Shown here piece by piece: positions 51,787-60,592 of a stretch of DNA of 64,000 nt; position 1 is the stretch's first letter; each line of letters starts with the position of its first letter. The translations under genes were made by a program, and so were the position numbers. The stretch is from Bacillota bacterium. GTDB taxonomy: Bacteria; Bacillota; SHA-98; Ch115. The notes below the pieces were generated by a model. It saw nothing but the letters and a program-made list of their open reading frames with translations, was not told the origin of the DNA and did no database searches. The stretch lies in the NCBI GenBank assembly GCA_013178415.1, contig JABLXA010000005.1:71369-135368 (forward strand), written 5' to 3'.

Positions 51787-52490
51787 ACTCGGGCTATAAC
51801 TACCGTGATATTATCATGGCCTCCCCTTTCATTGGCGAGATCTACGAGAAAATCCGCAAGTTCTTGTGGATCCTCGATTCTCTTCAGAGCGCCCAGGATT
51901 TCTCCGTCAGAGACCATGCCCGTAAGCCCATCGGTGCAGAGAATTACTCGATCATCTTTCCCGATTTCCACTTTTAAGAGGTCCGGGATCAAGACGGGCT
52001 CCACCCCAAGGGCCTTTGTAATGATATTACGATGAGGATGAAATCTTGCCTCCTCTTCTGTAAGGCTTCCGCTCCTCACAAGCTCCGCGACGATTGAGTG
52101 ATCATCTGTGACCCTCTTCAAAACCCCATGAGATTCAATGTAGGCGCGGCTATCACCCACATGTCCCAAGTAAATGTAACCGTCCGTCAGCGCAGCTGCT
52201 GTGAGAGTGGTTCCCATTCCCCGCCTTTGAGGGTTACTGAGAGATAGCTCATAAACTTTAGCATTTGCATAATGAATGGCCTCATTCAGCCATCCTTCCG
52301 GATCACCAGACCAGACTGGCAGCCTGTCTTTCATCGTCTGGCAAGCTATCTGGCTTGCCACCTCCCCAGCCTGATGCCCCCCCATGCCATCAGCGACCAC
52401 CAGCAAGGATTCACTTACAAAATATGAATCTTCATTTACTTCCCTTACCCGGCCTATGTCGGAGCGCACGCCCAGTTTCATGGCACTCAC
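51783..52490 (-). CDS. stp: PP2C-type Ser/Thr phosphatase (Stp1/PrpC)
   Basis: G.VR..NED, VADGMGGH, GMGTT, HVGDSRAY, T.DHS, LCTDGL and GG.DNIT motifs. Confidence 0.94.
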   Translation of the reverse strand: MSAMKLGVRSDIGRVREVNEDSYFVSESLLVVADGMGGHQAGEVASQIACQTMKDRLPVWSGDPEGWLNEAIHYANAKVYELSLSNPQRRGMGTTLTAAALTDGYIYLGHVGDSRAYIESHGVLKRVTDDHSIVAELVRSGSLTEEEARFHPHRNIITKALGVEPVLIPDLLKVEIGKDDRVILCTDGLTGMVSDGEILGALKRIEDPQELADFLVDLANERGGHDNITVVIARV

Positions 52491-52972
52491 TCCTTGAGTT
52501 CAAGCATTGTATCCCCTATCAGCAATTGATCGCCTGGTTTGAGAATGGTTCTGCGCCTGAGTCTGCGACCATTGACCAGCGTGCCATTCTTGCTGCCATT
52601 ATCCTCTATGAAGAATTTCCTACCTTTTCGGTAAAGAATGGCATGCCGCCATGACGCGAAAATATCTTTGATTACTATGTCACAGTCCGGCGCCCTACCT
52701 ATGACCATCCTGTCTGCCAAGAAAAACGTTGCGCCGGCTGGAGGATCTCCAGAGGTGCTTATTACAACGATCCTGGGCCCGGATTCCTCCCCGGCTATCC
52801 CCTCCCTGCCGGCTCCGCGCCATGTTCGTATGTGATCGGAAGCATTCTCTGAATGGAAATGGACTGACGTTCCCGTCACGCCAGCCATCACCTCGCGGGC
52901 GAGCCGCCACAAAAATGCGTATATTACGGCAATCAAGAGGAAGCGCCACGCTACCATCAGAAGGGCTAGCAT
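52487..52972 (-). CDS. Membrane-anchored FHA-domain protein (FhaB/FipA-like)
   Basis: N-terminal TM (RFLLIAVIYAFLW); FHA motifs IGR...CDI.I.D..AS..HA and D.GSKNGT..N. Confidence 0.88.
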   Translation of the reverse strand: MLALLMVAWRFLLIAVIYAFLWRLAREVMAGVTGTSVHFHSENASDHIRTWRGAGREGIAGEESGPRIVVISTSGDPPAGATFFLADRMVIGRAPDCDIVIKDIFASWRHAILYRKGRKFFIEDNGSKNGTLVNGRRLRRRTILKPGDQLLIGDTMLELKE

Positions 52973-53791
52973 TCATGATCCCTCCTGGCGCCCAACTCCA
53001 TTCCTGAATTCAAGCAAGACCCCGCCGAGTTTGATGGAATCCCCCGGGCTTAGAACATGCTCGCCCACTCGTCGTTCATTGACAAATGTGCCATTCATGC
53101 TGTTGAGGTCCCGCAAGATGAAAGCCCCTTGTCTATGCAGGATTTCCGCGTGTTCCCGCGAGACGCCAGGGTCAGGTATGACTATGTCATTGGATCTAGA
53201 ACGTCCCAGGCTGACTCGATCTTCGCTGAGCGGATACTGGCTGCCTGAGAGTTCGCCAGACATTATAATCAAGTAGGGACTATCTTCCCTTATTGCCTGC
53301 CCGGGCTGTGCGGGTGGCACACGGTTGAATTCCTTTGTGATCTCTCCCGACCTGGATGTAGCTCCATCTGCATCCACGGGCCCCCCATCTGGATACGCCC
53401 CGATCTCGAGGAGAGTTGCATCTTCCACATACGCAGGCTCTACCTTTATCTCACCGGCCTTCAGGGAGCTTTCCTCAATAAAGGAAATCTCCCGGGGCCC
53501 CACAAATGAATAGCCTCGCCTTTTTGCCTGCATTTCGATGTACGAGCAAAGCTCACGCGAGACAGTGCGCTCAAGGGGTCTGATTTTCTCGACACTGTGA
53601 GGGTGCATCATCACCTTGTAGCAATTTGGAACATATATCCTTGATACACTGACCCGTTTTTCATCTTCCATAGCTCTCATTATGTGCCGCGCAATCTCGA
53701 TAGGATGTGTGCTATAACGATCCCCGCTGTAGAAGAGCTTCCTCATGGCTTCCTCAATGCCTCGTTCTATTTTCTTGAAGAAACCACTCAT
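52973..53791 (-). CDS. FhaA-like protein (DUF3662 plus FHA)
   Basis: N-terminal HPIEIAR.I.R.ME......VPN.Y.V..HP; C-terminal LGR...NDI.I.D.GVSREHA and DLNS.NGTFVN. Confidence 0.88.
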   Translation of the reverse strand: MSGFFKKIERGIEEAMRKLFYSGDRYSTHPIEIARHIMRAMEDEKRVSVSRIYVPNCYKVMMHPHSVEKIRPLERTVSRELCSYIEMQAKRRGYSFVGPREISFIEESSLKAGEIKVEPAYVEDATLLEIGAYPDGGPVDADGATSRSGEITKEFNRVPPAQPGQAIREDSPYLIIMSGELSGSQYPLSEDRVSLGRSRSNDIVIPDPGVSREHAEILHRQGAFILRDLNSMNGTFVNERRVGEHVLSPGDSIKLGGVLLEFRNGVGRQEGS

Positions 53792-54909
53792 TGCAATTCC
53801 TTCCCCGGCATATTATGGCTCCCATACGAGACACCGGCATGTTCACCGGCATCTACGGAATAAAATCTACGCCGTAGCTGCCCGCATGCAGCATCGATGT
53901 CCTCTCCAAGGGCGCGTCTGACCGTGACATTGATTCCGCTGGCTCTCAACACCTGGGCAAATGCCCTGATTCGTTCGGGACTGGACCTTTCAGGTTCCCC
54001 TCCATTTACCGGATTCACAGGTATAAGATTCACATGGCACAGCATACCAGATAAAAGCGCGGCGAGTTCACGCGCGTGGTTTAGGCCATCATTTAGCCCT
54101 CTCATGAGGGAGTATTCGAAAGTCACCCGCCTCCCGGATGCGGCTATGTATTCCTTACACGCTTCAAGGAGCAGCGCTATTGGATATCGCCTGTTTATAG
54201 GCATTATCTCATCACGAATATCATCAGATGGAGCATGGAGCGATACTGAAAGGGTAATCGGGAGTCCCTCTCTGGCCAGTTTATTGATCCCCGGCACGAT
54301 TCCGCAAGTAGATATGGTCATGCGCCTGAAACCAATGTCTAATCCCATCGGCTCGTTCATGAGCTTCAAAAACCTCAAGACATTATCGTAATTATCCAAG
54401 GGCTCACCCGAACCCATCATCACGATATTGCGAACCCGGCCTCCGATTTCTCGTACATCTTTGTCTATGATACCCATAAGATCCACCATCTCTCCAGCAC
54501 GGAGGTTTCTCACAAAACCGGACATCCCGCTGGCACACATTCTACAGGCCATCTTGCACCCAATCTGACTAGAGATACATGCCGTGATGCCATACTCATA
54601 TTTCATTCGAGCGGCTTCCACCGCATTCCCATCATCAAAGCCAACAAGGTACTTAACCGTACCGTCCCTAGATTCCTGCTTTGCTAGCACACGTGCGGGT
54701 CGAACATCGACCAGACTCGAAAGCTCCTCTCTGAGGTCCAGGGGCAGATCGGTCATCGAGTAAAATGAAGTCTCATGGTTTCTGTGGATCCACCTGAAGA
54801 CCTGACGTCCTCTATAACGTGGCAACCCCAGCCGGTCAAAGAGATCTTCTAGCTCACCCGGGAAGAGCCCCATAAAATCCACCGACCTGAGATCAAAATC
54901 CTGTTGCAT
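53788..54909 (-). CDS. rlmN: 23S rRNA/tRNA C2-methyltransferase RlmN (radical SAM)
   Basis: CISSQIGCKMACRMCASG, MG.GEPL, ISTCG, SLHA and DIDAACGQL motifs. Start at ATG 54909 behind an SD. Confidence 0.95.
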   Translation of the reverse strand: MQQDFDLRSVDFMGLFPGELEDLFDRLGLPRYRGRQVFRWIHRNHETSFYSMTDLPLDLREELSSLVDVRPARVLAKQESRDGTVKYLVGFDDGNAVEAARMKYEYGITACISSQIGCKMACRMCASGMSGFVRNLRAGEMVDLMGIIDKDVREIGGRVRNIVMMGSGEPLDNYDNVLRFLKLMNEPMGLDIGFRRMTISTCGIVPGINKLAREGLPITLSVSLHAPSDDIRDEIMPINRRYPIALLLEACKEYIAASGRRVTFEYSLMRGLNDGLNHARELAALLSGMLCHVNLIPVNPVNGGEPERSSPERIRAFAQVLRASGINVTVRRALGEDIDAACGQLRRRFYSVDAGEHAGVSYGSHNMPGKELQ

Positions 54910-54965
54910 TCTTGTCCCCTCTCGCAAGCCTGCTCCCTCGGGCACAGGATGGCTTATGCCATTCG

Positions 54966-54981
54966 ATTCATACATATGAAT
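54966..54981. promoter_or_regulatory. Palindrome in the divergent rlmN/phosphatase promoter region
   Basis: ATTCATA-CA-TATGAAT perfect inverted repeat, adjacent to a minus-strand TATAAT. Confidence 0.4.
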
Positions 54982-55011
54982 TATACCCTAAATCTCGCCC
55001 AAGGAGGAATA

Positions 55012-55683
55012 ATGTACAATGCAAAGAACCTTTCTGGAGAAGGGAGAGAAGAATCAATGAGGACATCCCTTTTTTTAGTAAGACATGCGGAAACAGAATG
55101 GAATAAGTCTAACAGATATCAGGGACACCTGGACATCGAGCTCTCCCAGAAGGGCAAGGAGCAAGCGAAGCAACTGGCTCTTCATCTGGCGCATGCCAGA
55201 TTTGATGCGATCTATGCTAGTGACCTTGCGAGAGCCAGTGATACTGCGCGTGCTATAGCTGAAGTCCAGCGACTGAACGTTTTCTATTCCCCCGAATTGA
55301 GGGAGATAAATGTGGGAGCCTGGGCGGGACTGACGCGAGAAGAAATCGTGGCCAGGGATCCGGAAGCTTTCAAGCGATGGCTTTCGGATAGCACCGACGT
55401 TCCCTTCCCCGGAGGCGAATCGTATACCATGGTCCAGGCACGAGTGATGCCATTCATACACAAGATCATTCAGGCGCATCAGGGTAGTCGGATCCTCGTG
55501 GTGAGCCATTCCGGCCCCCTCAAAGTGATCATCCTGAGCCTCCTGGGCCTTAGTCTTGATCTGAGGAAGATCATCTACCTGGGAAATGCCAGCATAAGTA
55601 TGATATCCATCACTGATGGCAACCCTCGCCTGGAGCTCCTCAACGCGAATGGATGCAAGGAACTGATCGCTTCAGAGCGGTGA
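55012..55683 (+). CDS. Histidine phosphatase family protein (CobC/PspA/GpmB-like)
   Basis: LVRHAET..N....QG..D..L, SDL.RA..TA, LREI..G.W.G, GGES and VVSH motifs. Start is ATG 55012 (AAGGAGG) or 55057. It is the only plus-strand gene. Confidence 0.9.
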   Translation: MYNAKNLSGEGREESMRTSLFLVRHAETEWNKSNRYQGHLDIELSQKGKEQAKQLALHLAHARFDAIYASDLARASDTARAIAEVQRLNVFYSPELREINVGAWAGLTREEIVARDPEAFKRWLSDSTDVPFPGGESYTMVQARVMPFIHKIIQAHQGSRILVVSHSGPLKVIILSLLGLSLDLRKIIYLGNASISMISITDGNPRLELLNANGCKELIASER

Positions 55684-55727
55684 CTTGCCGGGGTGCGACG
55701 GTATCCCTTCCGCCGGACGCAGCATGA

Positions 55728-55847
55728 CCGGGGTATGGATACTCCTCCCGGCGGACGCAGCCTTGCTGCGAGGCTGCTCAGTGATCCTCGGCCCTCAGGT
55801 TATATGGCCTCGGATCAATGCCGCCGATCGGAGTATCTTAACCCCGG
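55728..55847 (+). other. Nested multi-stem structured element between convergent genes
   Basis: Pairings CCGGGGT/ACCCCGG, GGATACTCC/GGAGTATCT and CGGCGG/CCGCCG enclose two hairpins (55757-55777 and 55782-55817). Confidence 0.55.
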
Positions 55848-55874
55848 ATCTGCCGACCACGGATCAATGCCATC

Positions 55875-57359
55875 CTAAAGCGCGATGCCTAGAAGCGCTA
55901 CCACCGCTAGGAGGATTTTGAGGAGTCCATTTTCTTTGCGAAGCCCTTGGATATCTTTAGCTACGCCGGCCTTGTATGTCTCAAAATCCGAGGAAAGCTG
56001 CCCAAGCTTGGCGTCTATGGCACCATCGGCAGAGATCCTGGCAGCGCGTTCATTCGCTATAACATCTTGCAGGCTCTTCTCAAATCCAGCAACTTGGTTT
56101 CCGATTGCATCCATCCTGCTATTCAAGTCTGCAATCTTTTGGCTCAGCTGAGTGATGCTCTCATTTGCGCTGGCTAGCTCTTTATCTAATCTTTCGCCTA
56201 GAGCGCGAGACTCGCTAGCTGTGTCGGAAAGGCCCTTTTCCAGCGCATCGACTCGACCGGACACCCCGGAAAGGTCCTGTTTGGCATTGGCTAGATCCTG
56301 GGTGACGGCCTTGAGATCTTGAGCGGTAGACTCAAGCTTGGCGGAGAGGTCGGCAAGCTGCGTGCCATGAGCATCTTGTTTTGCCTTGATGTCATCCTGC
56401 TTTGTCCTGATATCGTCTATCTGGGATGAGAGAGCGTCTGCGCGTCCAGAAAGCTCATCGACCTTCGTCGTAAGATCCCTTATGGCGGTCTCTGCCTGAT
56501 TGGCCCGGTTCGCCAACTCCTTCGCGGTTTCCTCCGTTTGATCAGCCCGGCTCGCCAGAGCCTTCGACTCCTTATCCAGGCTGACTACAGCGCCCTGGAG
56601 ATTATCTACTCTTGCCTGCGTCTCAGTGGATTTAGACTCCAAGGCATCGACGCGCCCAGTCAGACTGTTCAAGCCATCATCTAGCTGGCCTGTCTGTTCT
56701 GAAAGCTTATCCACCCGGCTGGAAAGATCAGCCTGGCCCCGGGACAACTCAGCGGACTTTGCCGCCAAAGCCCTCAGTTGATCCTCATGAGAAACATCTG
56801 CAGCGGCCATCTTGCTTTCCAGAGCGGCTATCCTCTCCTCTGCACCGGTCTTTGTGGCCTTCAACTCTTCCCTCAAAGCCTGCAGATCTTTGACTATCTT
56901 TTGAGCTTGCTTCTGTGCCTCTTGCGCATCATAGGTAGCCTTCAGGACATCCTCCTTCATGACACTCAGTACTTTGTTCTGGGACTCAATCTGTTTATCC
57001 ATATTTTCAAGCTGAGTCCCCATTGATACAAGTTCCTGACGAAATTCAGATGAAAGCTGCCTTAGAAGCTGGACATCGCCGGTGGACGCGGCAACCTTGC
57101 CGCTGGCAATCTCATTTAACATCCGCGCGATTACTACGGCCAGGGTATAGCGGTCCACTGGCTTGTTCCCCTGGAATGTCCCATCCTGATATAAAGATAT
57201 GTACCCTTTGTCCACCAGTAGCTTGACGCTTGAATATGCCCAATGATCTGGCGGGACATCCTTGATTTGTTCAGCCATGGCCATAGATCCTGCTAGAAAT
57301 ATTGTCAGCGAAATGATCAACCACATGAATATGTGCTTATGCCTTGTAAATGCTCCCAC
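55875..57359 (-). CDS. SLH-domain, long coiled-coil protein with C-terminal hydrophobic anchor (Omp-alpha/OmpM-stalk-like)
   Basis: Signal peptide, then SLH (DVPPDHWAY..V..L...G....Y.DGTF.G...V.RY.LA), about 400 aa of heptad repeats, and terminal LLKILLAVVALLGIAL. GTG start behind GGAGG. Confidence 0.88.
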   Translation of the reverse strand: MGAFTRHKHIFMWLIISLTIFLAGSMAMAEQIKDVPPDHWAYSSVKLLVDKGYISLYQDGTFQGNKPVDRYTLAVVIARMLNEIASGKVAASTGDVQLLRQLSSEFRQELVSMGTQLENMDKQIESQNKVLSVMKEDVLKATYDAQEAQKQAQKIVKDLQALREELKATKTGAEERIAALESKMAAADVSHEDQLRALAAKSAELSRGQADLSSRVDKLSEQTGQLDDGLNSLTGRVDALESKSTETQARVDNLQGAVVSLDKESKALASRADQTEETAKELANRANQAETAIRDLTTKVDELSGRADALSSQIDDIRTKQDDIKAKQDAHGTQLADLSAKLESTAQDLKAVTQDLANAKQDLSGVSGRVDALEKGLSDTASESRALGERLDKELASANESITQLSQKIADLNSRMDAIGNQVAGFEKSLQDVIANERAARISADGAIDAKLGQLSSDFETYKAGVAKDIQGLRKENGLLKILLAVVALLGIAL

Positions 57360-57375
57360 AAAAACACTCCTCCCT

Positions 57376-59481
57376 TCATTTTGATACCATCACGACTCCA
57401 TTTATGGCTCGCACAGGCACTTCACGCCCGTCAGCATTCAGTATGCGCGCATTGCTGATGGTAATGGTGGCCTTACCCACTGTCCTGGCAAGGAAATTGA
57501 TACATGCAAAGGTTCCGAAGACGTCTGCCGGCGCAGAGAGACGCCCCCCAATTGCATGCACCTGCCCGGGGACTTCAGATATGGTCCCGCCTCTCCACTC
57601 AGAGAGTTTGTCACCCTCGACGAATACCGTGCCCCTGGACACGCTGATCATCTGCAGGATATCCGGGTCATAGGCTATATCAAGCGTCCCCTTGAGGAAG
57701 TTCTTCACATTAGTGATCCGTATGTAGACAGGGAAGAAACTGCCTGCCTTGACAGGATTCTCGGGCGGCATCACTTCGATCCTGGGCTCGAGCCGTGGCA
57801 CTGCTATCCTGTAATCCATGAAGACTCCTTCTGTATTGTACGCCTCCACCTTTACCCCGCACTCAGCAAAAGAACCAGAATCTCTGGGTTCAAGCTGCCA
57901 CACTACCTTGTAGGACTGCTGGGGGTCCAATGGCCCAAGGAACCTTGAGGCTTTCTCATGGGGAGCCGGACCCAGGAGTGCCCCCCAGGACATCCTCGCC
58001 TGGACCCCATATGCTGTAGACCCGCCCACATTCTTGATGGTAGCGTAAATCTTGAATGGATCAGGGGAAAGCCGCTGATCGACAATCGATAGTTCTCTGG
58101 GGCCGCTCAAGGTGACCTGGAATTTCGGGGCCTCAAGAATGCGCACCTCTCTCGTAACCTGGTTCGGTTCAGCATTTTCGGCCTCTACCCTGACAGAATA
58201 CGAAAGAGTCTCTCCCGGCCTTCCTTTCGGGACCACATCCCAGACTACCTGAGACAATTCTCCCACCTTGAGAATCCCTAGGTCGCGGACCGGGGATTGT
58301 CCGGATTTCAAGCTGAGTCCCTCTGGTAGAGTTATGCTGACTCGTGTGCCAATGGCATCACCCTTCCCTGAATTTTCCACATAACATACAACAGGGAATG
58401 TTTTGGGCTGATCTTTGCCCACAGCCACCTCTGCAGGGGAACTTACCCCAAGAGAGAGATCCCCTGGCGATATACTTATCCCGCCAAGGCCATAGAGAGT
58501 GACATATTCACGTGACTCTCCGGGCGCAAGAGGTTTCGGATCCCAGAATAGAGCTATGGCACTATCCGGTTCATATTCTCCTTTCCTGATGAATTCCCGT
58601 CCGGGAGAAAAGTCGAAATCCCAGACCCCATCGGCAAGGCTCCCCCAATTAGATAGATAGACTCTGTCAGGAGGCGTGGCTCCTTGGCCAGATAATGTTC
58701 CCTGGCTTGTTACGCTTGGGGCGCTAAGTGAATCAAAGGCCTGCCAAAATTCAGGAATATCCGAGACTGTATATGCCGTGTCAGAAATTATGGCATCGCC
58801 CCTCACGCGGAAAGGAGCGCCGTCATTTGCGCCCAACATGGTATCCAACAGGATACGGACCCCTATCTCCCTGGGACTTGTCCCCTCATTAGTCACTACA
58901 TACCGAATCTCTGCAGTATCAAAAAGCCCCGTGGTGCTGCTCCGGACTATCCTGAGGGATTGGATCGCCTCGATATCCTTACTGTCGCCCAGTCTACAAA
59001 TGCTAACAATTTCCTTGCCGTCGACTATATGGGGCCGTGATATCATATCACCATATAAGCCCTTCTCGCCCGCACGCTTTTTTGTGGCTCCTCCATAACA
59101 ATAATCTTTACCATCGATCCGGATGGTGGTGAATGAGGTCCATGGGACCGGTCTGCCATATATTAAAGGCTTATTGTCATCCTCTGATTTTGTGGGATCC
59201 CCGCCTGTTGTATCAAGGGCAAACCTGCACGTGGCATCATCGGTATTATTGACGAACACACGAACATAGTCGTTTGAAAGGGAAACCAGTTCCCCGCCCT
59301 GAGCGCCGGCGCCACCAGAAAAGGCATCCAGCAAGATGAATATGAAAACGAGGATAATCAAGGCCCATTTGGCTCCAGATCGCCCTCCCCTGCAGTTCCT
59401 TCCCCGGGGCCGCGATTTTGTGAGCAGGTTATCGAACCAGGCCAGATCCCCTGAGTTTAAACATATACTTGCAGCCAGCAT
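57376..59481 (-). CDS. Exported multidomain beta-sandwich protein with Ig-like repeats and a C-terminal cohesin-like domain
   Basis: Hydrophobic signal segment ending AGA-Q. Two V.N.G...A..V.....LP/W Ig-like units. C-terminal V..G..F.V.I.I.NV......I.YDP.IL.......G..F...GT.A.I.F.A...G...I.I pattern of cohesin domains. Start uncertain. Confidence 0.75.
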   Translation of the reverse strand: MLAASICLNSGDLAWFDNLLTKSRPRGRNCRGGRSGAKWALIILVFIFILLDAFSGGAGAQGGELVSLSNDYVRVFVNNTDDATCRFALDTTGGDPTKSEDDNKPLIYGRPVPWTSFTTIRIDGKDYCYGGATKKRAGEKGLYGDMISRPHIVDGKEIVSICRLGDSKDIEAIQSLRIVRSSTTGLFDTAEIRYVVTNEGTSPREIGVRILLDTMLGANDGAPFRVRGDAIISDTAYTVSDIPEFWQAFDSLSAPSVTSQGTLSGQGATPPDRVYLSNWGSLADGVWDFDFSPGREFIRKGEYEPDSAIALFWDPKPLAPGESREYVTLYGLGGISISPGDLSLGVSSPAEVAVGKDQPKTFPVVCYVENSGKGDAIGTRVSITLPEGLSLKSGQSPVRDLGILKVGELSQVVWDVVPKGRPGETLSYSVRVEAENAEPNQVTREVRILEAPKFQVTLSGPRELSIVDQRLSPDPFKIYATIKNVGGSTAYGVQARMSWGALLGPAPHEKASRFLGPLDPQQSYKVVWQLEPRDSGSFAECGVKVEAYNTEGVFMDYRIAVPRLEPRIEVMPPENPVKAGSFFPVYIRITNVKNFLKGTLDIAYDPDILQMISVSRGTVFVEGDKLSEWRGGTISEVPGQVHAIGGRLSAPADVFGTFACINFLARTVGKATITISNARILNADGREVPVRAINGVVMVSK

Positions 59482-59500
59482 AAGCGGAATCCTCCGTCAG

Positions 59501-60586
59501 TCATTCCGAGACGAGGGTTATGCCCCCAAATTGAACTGTTACCTTTTCCTTATCGAAACTGAATGCGACCCGGAGTCGGTAGGGAACTCCTATCCCCTTG
59601 AAAGACCAGCTTCCCTGCATCGTCCTGAGTGCTATAGTATCAATCCGCGCATCGCCAGACGAACTCGCTATCTTGACCCCCAGTAATTTGCCGTTTTGAT
59701 CTATCTCGGCAAGAGCCTCGACAACTCCCCCCACACCTTCATTTTGTGCGTCCTTTGGGTAGACTGGACGGACGCGGGATATTGCAAGCCCCTCACCAGT
59801 GCCGAAATCAGCGACATCAAGGCCCCTCCCGGCCGCATCTTCTTTGCCATTGCCTGCCCCCGGAGTTGTGTTCCCATTAGCGCCGGCTTTGCCGATCCCA
59901 GAACTCGCGCCCGGGCTGCCGTTTGCCGAGCCACCCTTCGCGCCGACACCAGCGCCTCCTTGTCCGGCGCCAGCTCCCGATGCGGCGGCAGGCTTCCCTC
60001 CACCCTCAGCAGGGCCGCTCGCTATGGTCTCCTCTCCGCCAGGGCTTGTCAGCACCTCAGGCTGCTGAACACGTTGTCCCGAAACCTGCCGCTCCACTGG
60101 AGCCTTCGCTGCTACAGGCGCAGGCCCGGCCTTATGTCTTCCTTCACCCTCAAATTTCGGTTCAGGCTGTGACTCGCGCTGTGTTTCAACCCTCGGGCTT
60201 GGCTCTGGTTCTGGTTCCTGTTTCATCACCGGCTCTTGTCCCGCTGCCTGATCCATCTTCTGTTTGGATTCAGGTTTCGGAACCGGCTCTTGGGATGGCG
60301 CCGCTGGTCCGGCAACCTTCTCCCTTTTCACTACAACAGTCGTAGAACCTTTTGAGCCTGATTTTTCAGCTACCCGCGAACCTTTGACTGAAACCGCCGG
60401 CAAAGAAGATTCCGGGCTCGCCTCGGCCAGGATGGCCTCCACAGTCGCCCCATACTCCACCGGATAAATATCCACAGGTGCCCTGAATCCGACCGGCGCC
60501 AAGAATATCACCAATATATGGAGGATTATGGAGACAGCTGTAGAGATACCCATCCGCCGGCCATATCCTGACTGCAGAGATCTCAT
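59501..60586 (-). CDS. TonB/TolA family energy transducer
   Basis: N-terminal TM with S-x3-H (SIILH), Pro/Glu- then Gly/Ala-rich linker, and TonB_C motif PVYP..A...G..G.V....ID..G....V.I..SSG...ID..AL. Confidence 0.88.
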   Translation of the reverse strand: MRSLQSGYGRRMGISTAVSIILHILVIFLAPVGFRAPVDIYPVEYGATVEAILAEASPESSLPAVSVKGSRVAEKSGSKGSTTVVVKREKVAGPAAPSQEPVPKPESKQKMDQAAGQEPVMKQEPEPEPSPRVETQRESQPEPKFEGEGRHKAGPAPVAAKAPVERQVSGQRVQQPEVLTSPGGEETIASGPAEGGGKPAAASGAGAGQGGAGVGAKGGSANGSPGASSGIGKAGANGNTTPGAGNGKEDAAGRGLDVADFGTGEGLAISRVRPVYPKDAQNEGVGGVVEALAEIDQNGKLLGVKIASSSGDARIDTIALRTMQGSWSFKGIGVPYRLRVAFSFDKEKVTVQFGGITLVSE

Positions 60587-60592
60587 CTTCCA

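Noticed and set aside
55685..55921. Small plus-strand ORFs (78 and 61 aa) after the phosphatase
   Set aside because: They have no SD or motif, overlap the convergent gene end, and coincide with a structured or repeat element.
59800..60330. Low-complexity Gly/Ala/Pro region with several overlapping ORFs
   Set aside because: It is the TonB periplasmic linker. GC-rich codons leave alternative frames open.
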